Shown: in pieces, positions 17,674-26,739 of the stretch
How positions within the stretch are numbered: the first letter of the stretch is position 1
Layout: each line of letters opens with the position of its first letter
Notes under the pieces: generated by a model
What the model was told of the DNA's origin: nothing
Database searches by the model: none
Seen by the model: only the letters and a program-made list of their open reading frames with translations
Program-made: the position numbers and the translations under genes
NCBI GenBank assembly: GCA_015232405.1
Contig: JADFZS010000010.1
Location: 1,044-65,043 of the forward strand
Direction: 5' to 3'
DNA length: 64,000 nt
Source of the DNA: Magnetococcales bacterium
GTDB taxonomy: Bacteria; Pseudomonadota; Magnetococcia; Magnetococcales; JADFYX01

Positions 17674-20376
17674 TCAATCTGAGGATAATTGGGATTGCAG
17701 GCCAAGGCGCACTTCAACCATTTCGTAATCACCTTCAAGGCTTTTTATCTTAAAGCCCAGTTTTTCTACTAAAGCAAGCATGTCGTCATTGCTGCTCAGA
17801 ACCAAACCAAATATGGTCTTGGTGTGCCGACTATGGCAGTAGTTGATCATTTTATTCATAAGTAGACTACCCAAACCCTGCCCCTGGAGATCAGAACGGA
17901 TCAGGATGGAGTACTCTGCCTCCTCGTTATCTGCTGTGGTTGCGGTGTTGACCACCCCCAAACACTCCGGTTCACCTTGGGGTCCAAGAGTCATGGCCAT
18001 GAAAGCCATCTCCCGGTCATAATCAATATGTATAAGCTGAGCCAGTAGTTCAGGGGTAAGATTTGTCATCTCACCACAAAAGCGTAGCTGTCTGTCCCTT
18101 GAAGATGTCCGCAGGATTAGCTGTTTGTATGCCACTTCATCTTCTGGCAAAACTGGTCGCACCAATACGTTACGTCCATCTCTAAGTATGATATTTTCCT
18201 CCAACTCTCTAGGATACGGCCGGATTGCTAGACATGTTGTATTATCCGCCACATCAGAGAGGGCGATGCGAGCATCAATCACCAGACAGTCGTCAGGGCC
18301 AGCAAGAATGGGGTTCATATCCAGCACCTGTATTTGTGGGTAATCTATGACCAGTTCTGATATCCGCACCAGGAGTTGCTGGATTCGACCGGAATTGGCC
18401 AGTTTGCGGCCATCTTGTGTGTCTAAGATGGTTCCAATACTAGTACGGGTGATCAACTCCTTAGCCAATGACATATTTAGGGGTGGCAAGGTGACGGCGC
18501 GATCCTTACGAATATGGGTTCTCGCGCCACCAGGACCAAAACGAATCAGTTTTCCAAAAAGGCTATCATTTGCTATCCCTGCCATAATGACAAGATTGTT
18601 TGGTCTTCTGACCATCTCCTGAACAACAAAACCGGGGAAAGCCTCTCCTGGGTTATGTTCTTGAAACTCTTCCAACATCCTTTGACCCAAATTGGTCGCC
18701 TCCTCCTTGCAGGATACATCTGTAACCATATGACCAGTAAAATATTTAGCAATAATACTCTTGGAGCAAGGTCGCAAAGATACTGGGTATCCCACCTGGG
18801 CAGCAGCATTAACTACATCTTCAAGGGTATTTGCAATGCGGGTTTTTGGTGATTGAATCTCATAGCTCTCTAACAACTTGGCTGTCTGTTCCTCATCCAT
18901 GAAATAACAGCCCTCTGACATTATTTTTTCTATCTCTTTTATATTCTCTTCACGTTGGGCAGGACTGATCCTGGAGGTATAAACCGGGCTTTGCAGCATC
19001 ATATCCTGGTTTCTTTGGAAAGAGGCCAGATAGTGGAACCCCCTCGCCGCTTTATCCGGTGTTGAAAAAAGTGAAACATGGGCTTGAATGAAGATTTTAC
19101 GAAGATGATCCAGGCGGTCTAATGGCATACCAAGCCAACAGGCCATGACATTGCGCATGGATTTTTTGCACAGTTCAGTCACCACCTCCGCCACCTTGTC
19201 CCCAGGGGCCATAGGGGTTGGTGCGTGCATGACCAGGATGCCATGAATCCCCTTTGCTTTCAATAATATATCCATCACTGCGCGATACCTACTTGCATCT
19301 GCGTCACGACCGATATCCAGAGGAATTCGTGGTGGTCCTGATCCGGCATAGACAGCGGATAACGCCTTGGAAGTCTCTTGATCGAACATATGGAGCTGAC
19401 TGCCTCCAGCAACCAGTATATCTACAGCCACCTCTGCCGGACCACTTCCATTGCACAATACCACCAGGGAGTTACCTAAAAATGGGCGACTGTTGGCTAG
19501 TGTTTCAACAGCATCAAACAGTTCATCGGTATGGGTTACCCGCAGCATGCCAGCTCTACGTACGGCAGCATCAAAAACTTCGTCGGAATACTCCTGGCTG
19601 TTTTCGTCTGCATTGACGATTATTGTTCCATCATTACGGCGGTTTGCCTTAATGGTGATAACAGGCTTTATTCGGGATATTGCCCGTGCAGCAGAGAGAA
19701 AGCGACGGCTATCATGTATGGATCGAATGTAGAGCAGCACCGCCTGCACATTGGGTTCCAAGGCCAGAGAGTCGAGGATATCGGCTAGATCAACATCCAC
19801 CGAGTCACCAACAGAGATAACATGGGAAAATCCAACCCCTTTTGCTGTGGCCCATTCCAAAACACCAGCTACCAGACTTCCCGACTGGGAAACTATGGCT
19901 AACTTCCCTTTTTGGGCTGTAGTATGAATCCAACTGGCATTCAAGCCAATACCTGGAACCTGAATACCAGTGGAGCCAGAACCAAGCAGTCTAACACCGG
20001 ATATTCTAGCCACTTTGCTGATCTCTTCGGTGAATGAGGTTTTTTCTCCAACCTCTGAACTATCAGGATCTACGGTCATCACCACTGCCATACGATTTCC
20101 AATACTTCCCAACTGCTCGATCAACGGAGCAATGGTTGGTGGCGGAGTGCAGAGTATCGCCAGATCTGGTGAAATCGGCAGTGTTTCAACTGAGGGATAA
20201 CATAAGACGCGCAGTACCGACTCATATCTGGGATTGACAGGCATCACAGGACCGTGAAAGTCACTGAGCAACAGGTTGCGCATCACCATGGCTCCGAGAC
20301 TGTCTGGACGGTTAGATGCACCAATAATGGCAATAGAACGTGGTTTAAATAGTTTTTCCAGATTGGATAAACTCAT
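17674..20376 (-). CDS. Pat/YfiQ-like protein lysine acetyltransferase (ADP-forming acyl-CoA synthetase-like domains plus C-terminal GNAT)
   Basis: N-terminal CoA-binding SIAIIGASNRPDSLG, a central ATP-grasp-like region and a C-terminal GNAT with LQGQGLGSLLMNKM. Length is 900 aa. Confidence 0.8.
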   Translation of the reverse strand: MSLSNLEKLFKPRSIAIIGASNRPDSLGAMVMRNLLLSDFHGPVMPVNPRYESVLRVLCYPSVETLPISPDLAILCTPPPTIAPLIEQLGSIGNRMAVVMTVDPDSSEVGEKTSFTEEISKVARISGVRLLGSGSTGIQVPGIGLNASWIHTTAQKGKLAIVSQSGSLVAGVLEWATAKGVGFSHVISVGDSVDVDLADILDSLALEPNVQAVLLYIRSIHDSRRFLSAARAISRIKPVITIKANRRNDGTIIVNADENSQEYSDEVFDAAVRRAGMLRVTHTDELFDAVETLANSRPFLGNSLVVLCNGSGPAEVAVDILVAGGSQLHMFDQETSKALSAVYAGSGPPRIPLDIGRDADASRYRAVMDILLKAKGIHGILVMHAPTPMAPGDKVAEVVTELCKKSMRNVMACWLGMPLDRLDHLRKIFIQAHVSLFSTPDKAARGFHYLASFQRNQDMMLQSPVYTSRISPAQREENIKEIEKIMSEGCYFMDEEQTAKLLESYEIQSPKTRIANTLEDVVNAAAQVGYPVSLRPCSKSIIAKYFTGHMVTDVSCKEEATNLGQRMLEEFQEHNPGEAFPGFVVQEMVRRPNNLVIMAGIANDSLFGKLIRFGPGGARTHIRKDRAVTLPPLNMSLAKELITRTSIGTILDTQDGRKLANSGRIQQLLVRISELVIDYPQIQVLDMNPILAGPDDCLVIDARIALSDVADNTTCLAIRPYPRELEENIILRDGRNVLVRPVLPEDEVAYKQLILRTSSRDRQLRFCGEMTNLTPELLAQLIHIDYDREMAFMAMTLGPQGEPECLGVVNTATTADNEEAEYSILIRSDLQGQGLGSLLMNKMINYCHSRHTKTIFGLVLSSNDDMLALVEKLGFKIKSLEGDYEMVEVRLGLQSQLSSD

Positions 20377-20635
20377 CTCTCCATCCCTTGCATCGTTTAA
20401 CGATTAACAAGAACATCACGTATCTGTTGAGAACAGTTTGCTAATATGTATTAAACAGACAGAAAACCAACTCCTATTTTTAAATGCAAGATGAGTATGA
20501 AAATATTTTATTAACAACTCCATCTCACATCGGTGTTACCATCTGGGAAAATGTGGCATAGTTTTATATTCTTAAAGCTCCTTGCAACATAGCAGTGGAG
20601 CAAGTCCGGTAAACATTATTGCTACAACTGGGTTT

Positions 20636-20802
20636 AACCTAGAAACGGCAGTTGTCGGCACGCACCTGATGCAAGCTATTGATTCACCTGGTATATCAGA
20701 GGAAAGTCTTATCACCAAAAAGGTGACTGCGATTTCCCCTGATACACCAGATAAACCAATATCTTACACCATGCACGCACCGCCAACCGCCGTTTCTAGG
20801 TT
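20636..20802. repeat. Palindromic repeat-family copy interrupted by a ~106-bp insert
   Basis: Left arm AACCTAGAAACGGCAGTTG (20636-20654) and right arm CAACCGCCGTTTCTAGGTT (20784-20802). The loop sequence GCACGCACC is present on both sides of the insert (20658-20666 and 20773-20781). Confidence 0.8.
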
Positions 20803-20811
20803 TAAGCAAGC

Positions 20812-22563
20812 ATGGCTTATGGTAAAGATATTATGAAACAAAAAAAGAAAAAACCATTAAAAACGGGTAGTGTAAAAAAGAAACTTGAAAAAGCTTTAGA
20901 GGCTTTTAGCAAAGGGAAAACAAAAAAGACCCGTCTTTTGTGTTTATCAATATTGAGAGATAGGCCACACAACCCCACGGCACTGCTTTTGGCTGGGCGT
21001 ATCGCTGTACGTGAAGGACGCATGGATGAAGCTGTAGAAAGTTTGCGTAGGGCTGTTATCCACGCTCCTAATAATGCTGATACTCATCAAATTTTGGGCA
21101 AAGTCCTAAACAAACTGGGAGATCCCGAAGGGGCAGTTGCAGCCTTTAGAGAGGCAGTACGAATAAATAACAGACACAAAAAAGCCAGCCGAAGTCTGGG
21201 TAAAATCCTGTTGCGCAGTGGGCAGTATGCAGCTTCAGAGACACATCTACGGCAAAGTCTGGAAGTTTCTCCACACCGTATCCGACTTCGTTATCTCCTT
21301 GGTGTGGCCTGTCGAAAACAGAATAATCATGGAGAGGCAGAACGAATATTTCGCACTATTATTGAGATACGCCCGGATCATGTCGATGCATTGGTTAATC
21401 TGGGCATATCCCTACGTGAACAAGGTAAGTTACAAGAGGCAGAAAGCTTCTTGATACAGGCTGCTAGTAAAGACAAACAGTCGGCAAAAACTTATGCCAA
21501 CCTAGCCTTGACTCAATATGAGCTTGGTTTCAGCACAAAGGCAGAGGAAAACTGCAACCACTCCTTGCAACTAGAACCCAACAGAGCATATGTGCACTGG
21601 ATTAGAGGACAGAGTCGTCTACGACAGGGAGTTCTGGAAGATGGGTGGAAGGATTTTGAATGGCGCACCCGTATGGATGGCTATCACCATTCCAAGCTAC
21701 CATTTGTCGAATGGAGTGGTGAAGATTTGCGTGACCGGACTATATTGGTCTATGGAGAACAAGGGATTGGTAATGAAGTTATGTGCGCGTCCTGTTTGGA
21801 TGACCTCATCAATCAGGCAGGAAAGGTTATTCTGGAGTGTGATGTTCGTTTAGTCGCCCTGTTCCAATATACGTTTCCCCATATCATGGTGGTCAGGCGT
21901 TATAGAAAGGGCAATAAAGCTTGGTTAGATGCCCTACCCCCTGTTGATTTTCAAATATCCAGTGCATCTTTGCCCCGTTATTTCCGCAACAGTAGCGAAG
22001 ATTTCTCAGGCAAGAGACCCCAATTATGTTCCGATCTCACTCTCAAAAACCAGTGGCAGGAGAAATTGGCCTCTCTTGGTGATGGCTTGAAAATCGGTAT
22101 TTCATGGCGTGGAGGTTCCCATCCTCTGGCACGAAAACAACGATCAACGGAACTTTTTCATTGGGCACCACTTTTCAATATTGACGGTGTACATTGGATC
22201 AATGTTCAATATGGTGCCAGTGATAAGGAACTGGCCCAAACCAGTTGGGATATGGGAGTACAAATCAACCATTTCAGCAATTTTGATCCCTTGGGTGATC
22301 TTAATGGCTTTGTCGCTCTTCTCTCTTCTCTGGATTTGGTGATCTCCATCGACAACAACACGGTACACTTTGCCGGAGCACTGGAAGTTCCAGTCTGGAC
22401 CTTGTTACCATTCGCTGCAGATTGGCGATGGATGGAGAGCCGGGAAGATACTCCATGGTACACCAGTATGCGGCTTTTCCGTCAAGAACGGCCCGGAGAT
22501 TGGGGAGCAGTTTTCAATAAAGTCGCAAAAGCTCTGCAAGTGTTAAAAGATAATCACCACTGA
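20812..22563 (+). CDS. TPR-repeat protein with C-terminal GT9-like (heptosyltransferase-fold) glycosyltransferase domain
   Basis: N-terminal TPR units (AxxxLGxxLxxxGDxxxAxxxFxxAxxxxP patterns). The C-terminus has ILVYGEQGIGNEVM and DLVISIDNNTVHFAGALEVPVWTLLP...DWRW, typical of the GT9 fold. The start could instead be the ATG at 20836. Confidence 0.7.
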   Translation: MAYGKDIMKQKKKKPLKTGSVKKKLEKALEAFSKGKTKKTRLLCLSILRDRPHNPTALLLAGRIAVREGRMDEAVESLRRAVIHAPNNADTHQILGKVLNKLGDPEGAVAAFREAVRINNRHKKASRSLGKILLRSGQYAASETHLRQSLEVSPHRIRLRYLLGVACRKQNNHGEAERIFRTIIEIRPDHVDALVNLGISLREQGKLQEAESFLIQAASKDKQSAKTYANLALTQYELGFSTKAEENCNHSLQLEPNRAYVHWIRGQSRLRQGVLEDGWKDFEWRTRMDGYHHSKLPFVEWSGEDLRDRTILVYGEQGIGNEVMCASCLDDLINQAGKVILECDVRLVALFQYTFPHIMVVRRYRKGNKAWLDALPPVDFQISSASLPRYFRNSSEDFSGKRPQLCSDLTLKNQWQEKLASLGDGLKIGISWRGGSHPLARKQRSTELFHWAPLFNIDGVHWINVQYGASDKELAQTSWDMGVQINHFSNFDPLGDLNGFVALLSSLDLVISIDNNTVHFAGALEVPVWTLLPFAADWRWMESREDTPWYTSMRLFRQERPGDWGAVFNKVAKALQVLKDNHH

Positions 22564-22660
22564 AATACCACTATTTTTTTGCGATCAGATCGTTGAGCTT
22601 GAGGTTGTTGCCACAAATTCACATTTACCCTTAATAGATGAAGGCATCTTTAAGCTATTT

Positions 22661-22679
22661 CAACCGCCGTTTCTAGGTT
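22661..22679. repeat. Solo right arm of the palindromic repeat family
   Basis: CAACCGCCGTTTCTAGGTT followed by AAATG, identical to the right arm and flank at 26460-26483. No matching left arm nearby. Confidence 0.7.
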
Positions 22680-22796
22680 AAATGCAGACAATATGTCCTC
22701 TTACTTCTTTTGCATCAAGAAGTTCAAATTCATATTCTTTATTTAAATCATGGTTGGTAGTTAATATCGTCTGATGTTCAGCATGTTACTTGTGAT

Positions 22797-23639
22797 ATGC
22801 TACACTTATCATTAATCATATATACAGGATGGGGTGATATGTCAGAACAAATCGACGATGACTCAAAGAATCCGGTGGATGATGCCAAGCCATTACCGTT
22901 AATCGCACCTTGTCGCAAACTGGACATTGAGGCTCCGAAACGCTGGCTTCGACTGGGCCTGGCTGATCTGAAACACACCCGTAAAAAAAGCCTTGTCTAT
23001 GGCTTGGTAGCGTTGCTTATGTGTTATGTCGCTGGCTATGTAGGATTCGTCATCAGCGGGCCACTGGCATTGCTGACCATCCTTTCCGGTCTGACCCTGA
23101 TCGGCCCTGTGATGGCTATAGGCCTCTACTCTATTAGTTGTCAGCTGAAAACCGGACGGGAGCCGCTATTGACATACTGCCTGCGTGATAAGACAGGTGG
23201 GGTCGGTAACTTGGCACTGTTTTCCTGTGTTCTAATCATCCTGTTTCTGTTCTGGATACACGTGGGGCATCTACTGCAAATTATCTTCCTGGCTAGTGGG
23301 TTTGACAGCGAGCCAATGGAGCTGATCTTCTTTTTCGGCATCGGGACTGTGGTGGGAGGTGTATTTGCGATTATAACCTTCTGTATCAGCGCATATTCTT
23401 TGCCCATGATAATGGAACGCAAGACTGACCTGCTCACCGCAGTAGTCACCAGCATCAATGCTGTGTTGCGCAATCGCAAGGTGTCATTCATCTGGGCGGC
23501 GACAATCATGGGCGGTGTGCTTATCTCGGTGATAACCGGACTGTTGGCACTGGTGGTGATATTCCCGGTACTCGGTCATGCAACCTGGCATGCTTACCAA
23601 GAAACTGTGGACGCAAGCGCCTGGCCACTTCGTAACTAA
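22797..23639 (+). CDS. DUF2189-like integral membrane protein
   Basis: The N-terminal cytoplasmic segment contains PCRKLDIEAPKRWLRLGLADL, followed by ~5 TM helices. The likely true start is the ATG at 22839 (MSEQ...). Confidence 0.55.
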   Translation: MLHLSLIIYTGWGDMSEQIDDDSKNPVDDAKPLPLIAPCRKLDIEAPKRWLRLGLADLKHTRKKSLVYGLVALLMCYVAGYVGFVISGPLALLTILSGLTLIGPVMAIGLYSISCQLKTGREPLLTYCLRDKTGGVGNLALFSCVLIILFLFWIHVGHLLQIIFLASGFDSEPMELIFFFGIGTVVGGVFAIITFCISAYSLPMIMERKTDLLTAVVTSINAVLRNRKVSFIWAATIMGGVLISVITGLLALVVIFPVLGHATWHAYQETVDASAWPLRN

Positions 23640-23961
23640 TGGTCTACCCCCCAATATCACACTGATGAAGCAATGGATATGCTCCATAGATTGGCGACGA
23701 GCAGAGCAATTACTGGTAGATATGAAGCCCATTTTATCAGCATCAAGTAGCACAAAACTCTCTCATCTGTACTTAGATAGACTCACAACTGCCACAATTT
23801 TAATTTTGTACCCATGAAAAATTTTTATCTGCAACATTTTTTTATTGAATTCGTCGGCGGGTCGTGTATTATTTGTTTCCACGCAAACAATTTTGTTGTT
23901 GTGCAAACACTATAAACCATTTTATTAATTGTGAAAGCAATTGGATATATAAGGAATTAAC

Positions 23962-24141
23962 ATGAAAAGTCTACTTTCAGCAAAAAAGAGAAACTCAATT
24001 CAACCACGTCGCACAGCCTCCATTGGCTTGGTAACAAAAAAAGCAAATCTGTCGTCAGGTGCAGGAGTTCAATCACGAAAAAAACAACTGGAAATGGAGC
24101 TGTTTGAACATCACCTACTAGGTTTTGGCCCCTGCGGTTAA
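23962..24141 (+). CDS. Small basic hypothetical protein, 59 aa (not in the ORF track)
   Basis: SD AAGGA lies 7 nt upstream of the ATG. Hand translation gives MKSLLSAKKRNSIQPRRTASIGLVTKKANLSSGAGVQSRKKQLEMELFEHHLLGFGPCG. A strong intrinsic terminator follows. Confidence 0.5.
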   Translation: MKSLLSAKKRNSIQPRRTASIGLVTKKANLSSGAGVQSRKKQLEMELFEHHLLGFGPCG

Positions 24142-24175
24142 TATTCAACTAATTCGCACTTCTTTTACAAAACAG

Positions 24176-24202
24176 ACCCCACAATCAAGTGGGGTTTTTT
24201 TT
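24176..24202 (+). terminator. Rho-independent terminator
   Basis: CCCCAC (24176-24181), loop AATCAA, GTGGGG (24188-24193), then T9. Confidence 0.8.
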
Positions 24203-24277
24203 TGATAATCAGGGTATAGATTTTTCAAAAAAAGCAATAAATCCTTTAAAAGAATCTTCAATATCCCCCACAATAAA

Positions 24278-25069
24278 CTAGAACGCCTCACAATGTTCCT
24301 GCTTTAGACCTATCCGTCCCATAATAGGTAGCTGTAGGTGTATGGGATTGAAGCCAGCACCTATAGAAGCCCCGAAAAAATTGATATCACCTTGCACATC
24401 AGGTCCTAGATTGATACCCAAAATACCCCATAGTGAGATGTGAACACCTTCGCTACCAGCAGGTTTAACCCAAAGGCGATTATCCGGCAGATAATCCTTG
24501 CCGATGGCTGTGGCTGGCAGGTTGAAATCCAACTCTGGTACATTACGGACAATATGGACAATGAAGGTGTTGCTATTGGGGCCTGGCCATACCCGGTAGC
24601 TGTCTGCATGGGGGTAGGATTCTGCCGCGGCTAGGATTTTGGGAATTGCTGTTTTTGCCTCGTCACCACATAGCTGTGCTATTATATCCGGTTTAGCACC
24701 GTACCAAAAGCGGTCAGGAATATCCTGCTCGATCTTTACCACTGGTAAGCCTCGCCTTTTACGCCACCCCACTACCTGCAATACTGTGAAAGCATCATCA
24801 CCTGCCGATTTAAAGGTAATCCAGGTATGTATTCCAAAAATTCCTCGCCAACTAAAAGCCCTCGCGGCATAAAGTTGTACAATCGCATTTTGAACGCTGC
24901 CCGGCTCTGGTCCAATACCACTGCTGTTACGGTTTGCAGTACGCCAGTCCAATCCCAACTTTACTTGACCACAGCTACTGAGATAGAGGGAACTTGCAAG
25001 CAGAAAAATTGAGAAAATACCCAGACTCTTACGGGTTCTTTGTTTCATAGCTTTAAAATAAGAGTACAT
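24278..25069 (-). CDS. DUF3750-like lipoprotein
   Basis: Signal peptide with lipobox-like LSSC. Conserved-looking core: HTWITFKSAGDDAFTVLQVVGW and YRVWPGPNSNTF. Confidence 0.55.
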   Translation of the reverse strand: MYSYFKAMKQRTRKSLGIFSIFLLASSLYLSSCGQVKLGLDWRTANRNSSGIGPEPGSVQNAIVQLYAARAFSWRGIFGIHTWITFKSAGDDAFTVLQVVGWRKRRGLPVVKIEQDIPDRFWYGAKPDIIAQLCGDEAKTAIPKILAAAESYPHADSYRVWPGPNSNTFIVHIVRNVPELDFNLPATAIGKDYLPDNRLWVKPAGSEGVHISLWGILGINLGPDVQGDINFFGASIGAGFNPIHLQLPIMGRIGLKQEHCEAF

Positions 25070-25138
25070 TTCATATTAAAAACCGATATTTTTTGGTTCT
25101 CCAGAATTTGTATTCCGGTAATGAAATCAGCTTACAGT

Positions 25139-25987
25139 CTATCGATCCATTAAGGTTTCCATCCATGCAAAATGCTCACGGCTTGGAAAAAGCCTTCCAG
25201 CCATCTCTTGAGCCATTTCCATGGACTTATCTCGTAAACAGTCAGGATGATGAGCATCTGACCCAACAGAAATTGAAAGTTGGTATTCACTTGCCACTTG
25301 CCAAAAAGGTAGCCATGGGTAAGGGGCGCACTCCTCTGATCCCATTATAATTGGTAGTTGCCTAAATCCATTGGCATTGATTTCCAAGGGCACATTAAGC
25401 TCAGAAGCTGCCTGACAGATTGCTCGGCAACAACTTTGTGCGTGGGAATCCCATGTCGGATAGCTAAGCCTGAAAAAATCTGGGTGTGCCATATAGAGAA
25501 ATAGCCCCGACTCCATAGATTTAATAAAAAAATCTGTATAAGCAGACAGTTCCGAAGAGTTTGTGATCTGACTAACAACCGACTTCCATTCTCCCTTATG
25601 CAGAAAAAAATGGATGCCACCAGTTAAAAAATCAACCCCCCCTTCTCCCAAAATCTTATCTCTGAAAAAACCTTGGAAATCAGGTATGTATTCTACCTCT
25701 AATCCCTTGAGTACAGTCAGTTCCGGAAACTCTATAGCGGCCTGATCAACCGCAGTACTATAACTCTCCAGTTCCGACATATCCATCCTTATACTCGACC
25801 AACGACCATCAGGAAGAGGAGTGTGATCGGAGAATCCCAACAGGGTTATACCAACTTCAGAAGCCTTTTTTGCATAGTCTCTCGCTTCTCCTGTAGCATG
25901 TTTACAGCGAAAAGTATGAGTGTGGAGATTGATTTTTGCAAAATTGTCTTTCATAAAAATGCCCATTCTAAGGGAAAAACCATCCAT
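25139..25987 (-). CDS. PHP-family phosphoesterase (HisJ-type histidinol-phosphatase-like)
   Basis: N-terminal metal-binding INLHTHTFRCKHA, followed by GFSDHTP and VGSDAHHP motifs. The start is uncertain (Met at 25987, 25966 or 25954). Confidence 0.75.
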   Translation of the reverse strand: MDGFSLRMGIFMKDNFAKINLHTHTFRCKHATGEARDYAKKASEVGITLLGFSDHTPLPDGRWSSIRMDMSELESYSTAVDQAAIEFPELTVLKGLEVEYIPDFQGFFRDKILGEGGVDFLTGGIHFFLHKGEWKSVVSQITNSSELSAYTDFFIKSMESGLFLYMAHPDFFRLSYPTWDSHAQSCCRAICQAASELNVPLEINANGFRQLPIIMGSEECAPYPWLPFWQVASEYQLSISVGSDAHHPDCLRDKSMEMAQEMAGRLFPSREHFAWMETLMDR

Positions 25988-26148
25988 ATCTATAATCTAT
26001 AACCAATCAGAGCGTGAATGATTCATTATAAATTTTGTGTGTAAAACATTAATATTACAATATAATTTCCAAATTAACTCTGCATGATCAAGGAATTGTT
26101 TAAAATATTTAAATTGTTTGATTCAAATCAAGGTTAACTACTTTTAAT

Positions 26149-26258
26149 GCAGGTAGTATCCGCAGGTAAGGGTGGCTCCTCTACCTGCCTACTAGCTCTT
26201 GAGGAGAGGCGCAAAAACAGGTGAGGATCGGTTTGTATGGAACCGATGAGGAGCCACA
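26149..26258. ncRNA. Candidate structured RNA / cis-regulatory element (unclassified)
   Basis: A locally GC-richer island in an AT-rich intergenic region. It has nested complementarity: GGTGGCTCCTC (26171-26181) with GAGGAGCCAC (26249-26258); GCAGGTAG (26149-26156) with CTACCTGC (26181-26188); and hairpin ATCGGTT-TGTATGG-AACCGAT (26227-26247). Strand is undetermined. On the minus strand it would be the 5' leader of the PHP gene. Confidence 0.3.
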
Positions 26259-26426
26259 GAGTCACATTCTATAACATTATCTTCTTTTTTTCAAATTTTA
26301 TGATTCTAAAGTACAATCAAGATAGCACAATATATGTAACCATATTCTAAATACCAACAACCTCCTCAACTCGACAACTGGCCCATACTTCTATCTCAAA
26401 GCCATGGCTATCGGCACTTTAGATTA

Positions 26427-26478
26427 AACCTAGAAACAGCAGTTGTCAGTACGCACCGCCAACCGCCGTTTCTAGGTT
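26427..26478. repeat. Intact copy of the ~52-bp palindromic repeat family
   Basis: AACCTAGAAACAGCAGTTG - TCAGTACGCACCGC - CAACCGCCGTTTCTAGGTT. The arms are complementary except at two positions. Confidence 0.85.
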
Positions 26479-26739
26479 AAATGAGTAGCCCTAGAATTTC
26501 TTTCAGTCGGAAGATGTTGTCCATTCCAATTAAATGTCGCCATTGATTTGGCAACTGAACCAATAGTTTAACTAGCCTTGGCTGAGTCAGTTTGCTGTTG
26601 GAACAGGCATTTATTAAGAATCTCTATAAACTAACAATCGTATGTGTTAGATTCAACAAAACCATCCAGCTGCTGTTATTTAGGTTAAGTATATCTATTT
26701 CTGAATCTTTATATCAATTTATGTTATGATGAGTGACAT

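Noticed and set aside
17674-20376. Numerous antisense or overlapping ORFs inside the Pat-like gene (e.g. 18125-18343, 18347-18852, 19254-19788, 19970-20237)
   Set aside because: All are embedded in a long, motif-supported CDS on the opposite strand and their translations have no recognisable features. The same reasoning applies to shadow ORFs inside the ATPase, ABC, kinase, CheB-CheR, MtrB-like, pelF and pelB genes.
20582-20836. Tracked 84-aa ORF upstream of the TPR-GT9 gene
   Set aside because: It runs through both arms and the insert of the palindromic repeat copy. It has a non-ATG start and no SD. It is most likely a chance ORF over repeat DNA.
23484-23817. Tracked ORFs 23484-23753 (-) and 23578-23817 (+)
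   Set aside because: They overlap the 3' end of the DUF2189-like gene and each other, and show no motifs or translation signals.
20636-26478. Interpretation of the palindromic repeats as integron attC sites (some flanks fit GTTRRRY, e.g. GTTAAAT, and loop length varies)
   Set aside because: There is no intI-like integrase in the window, the genes between copies are in mixed orientation and housekeeping-like, and the copy at 57.3 kb sits inside the pel locus. A dispersed REP/MITE-like family fits better. A whole-genome search for intI could reopen this.
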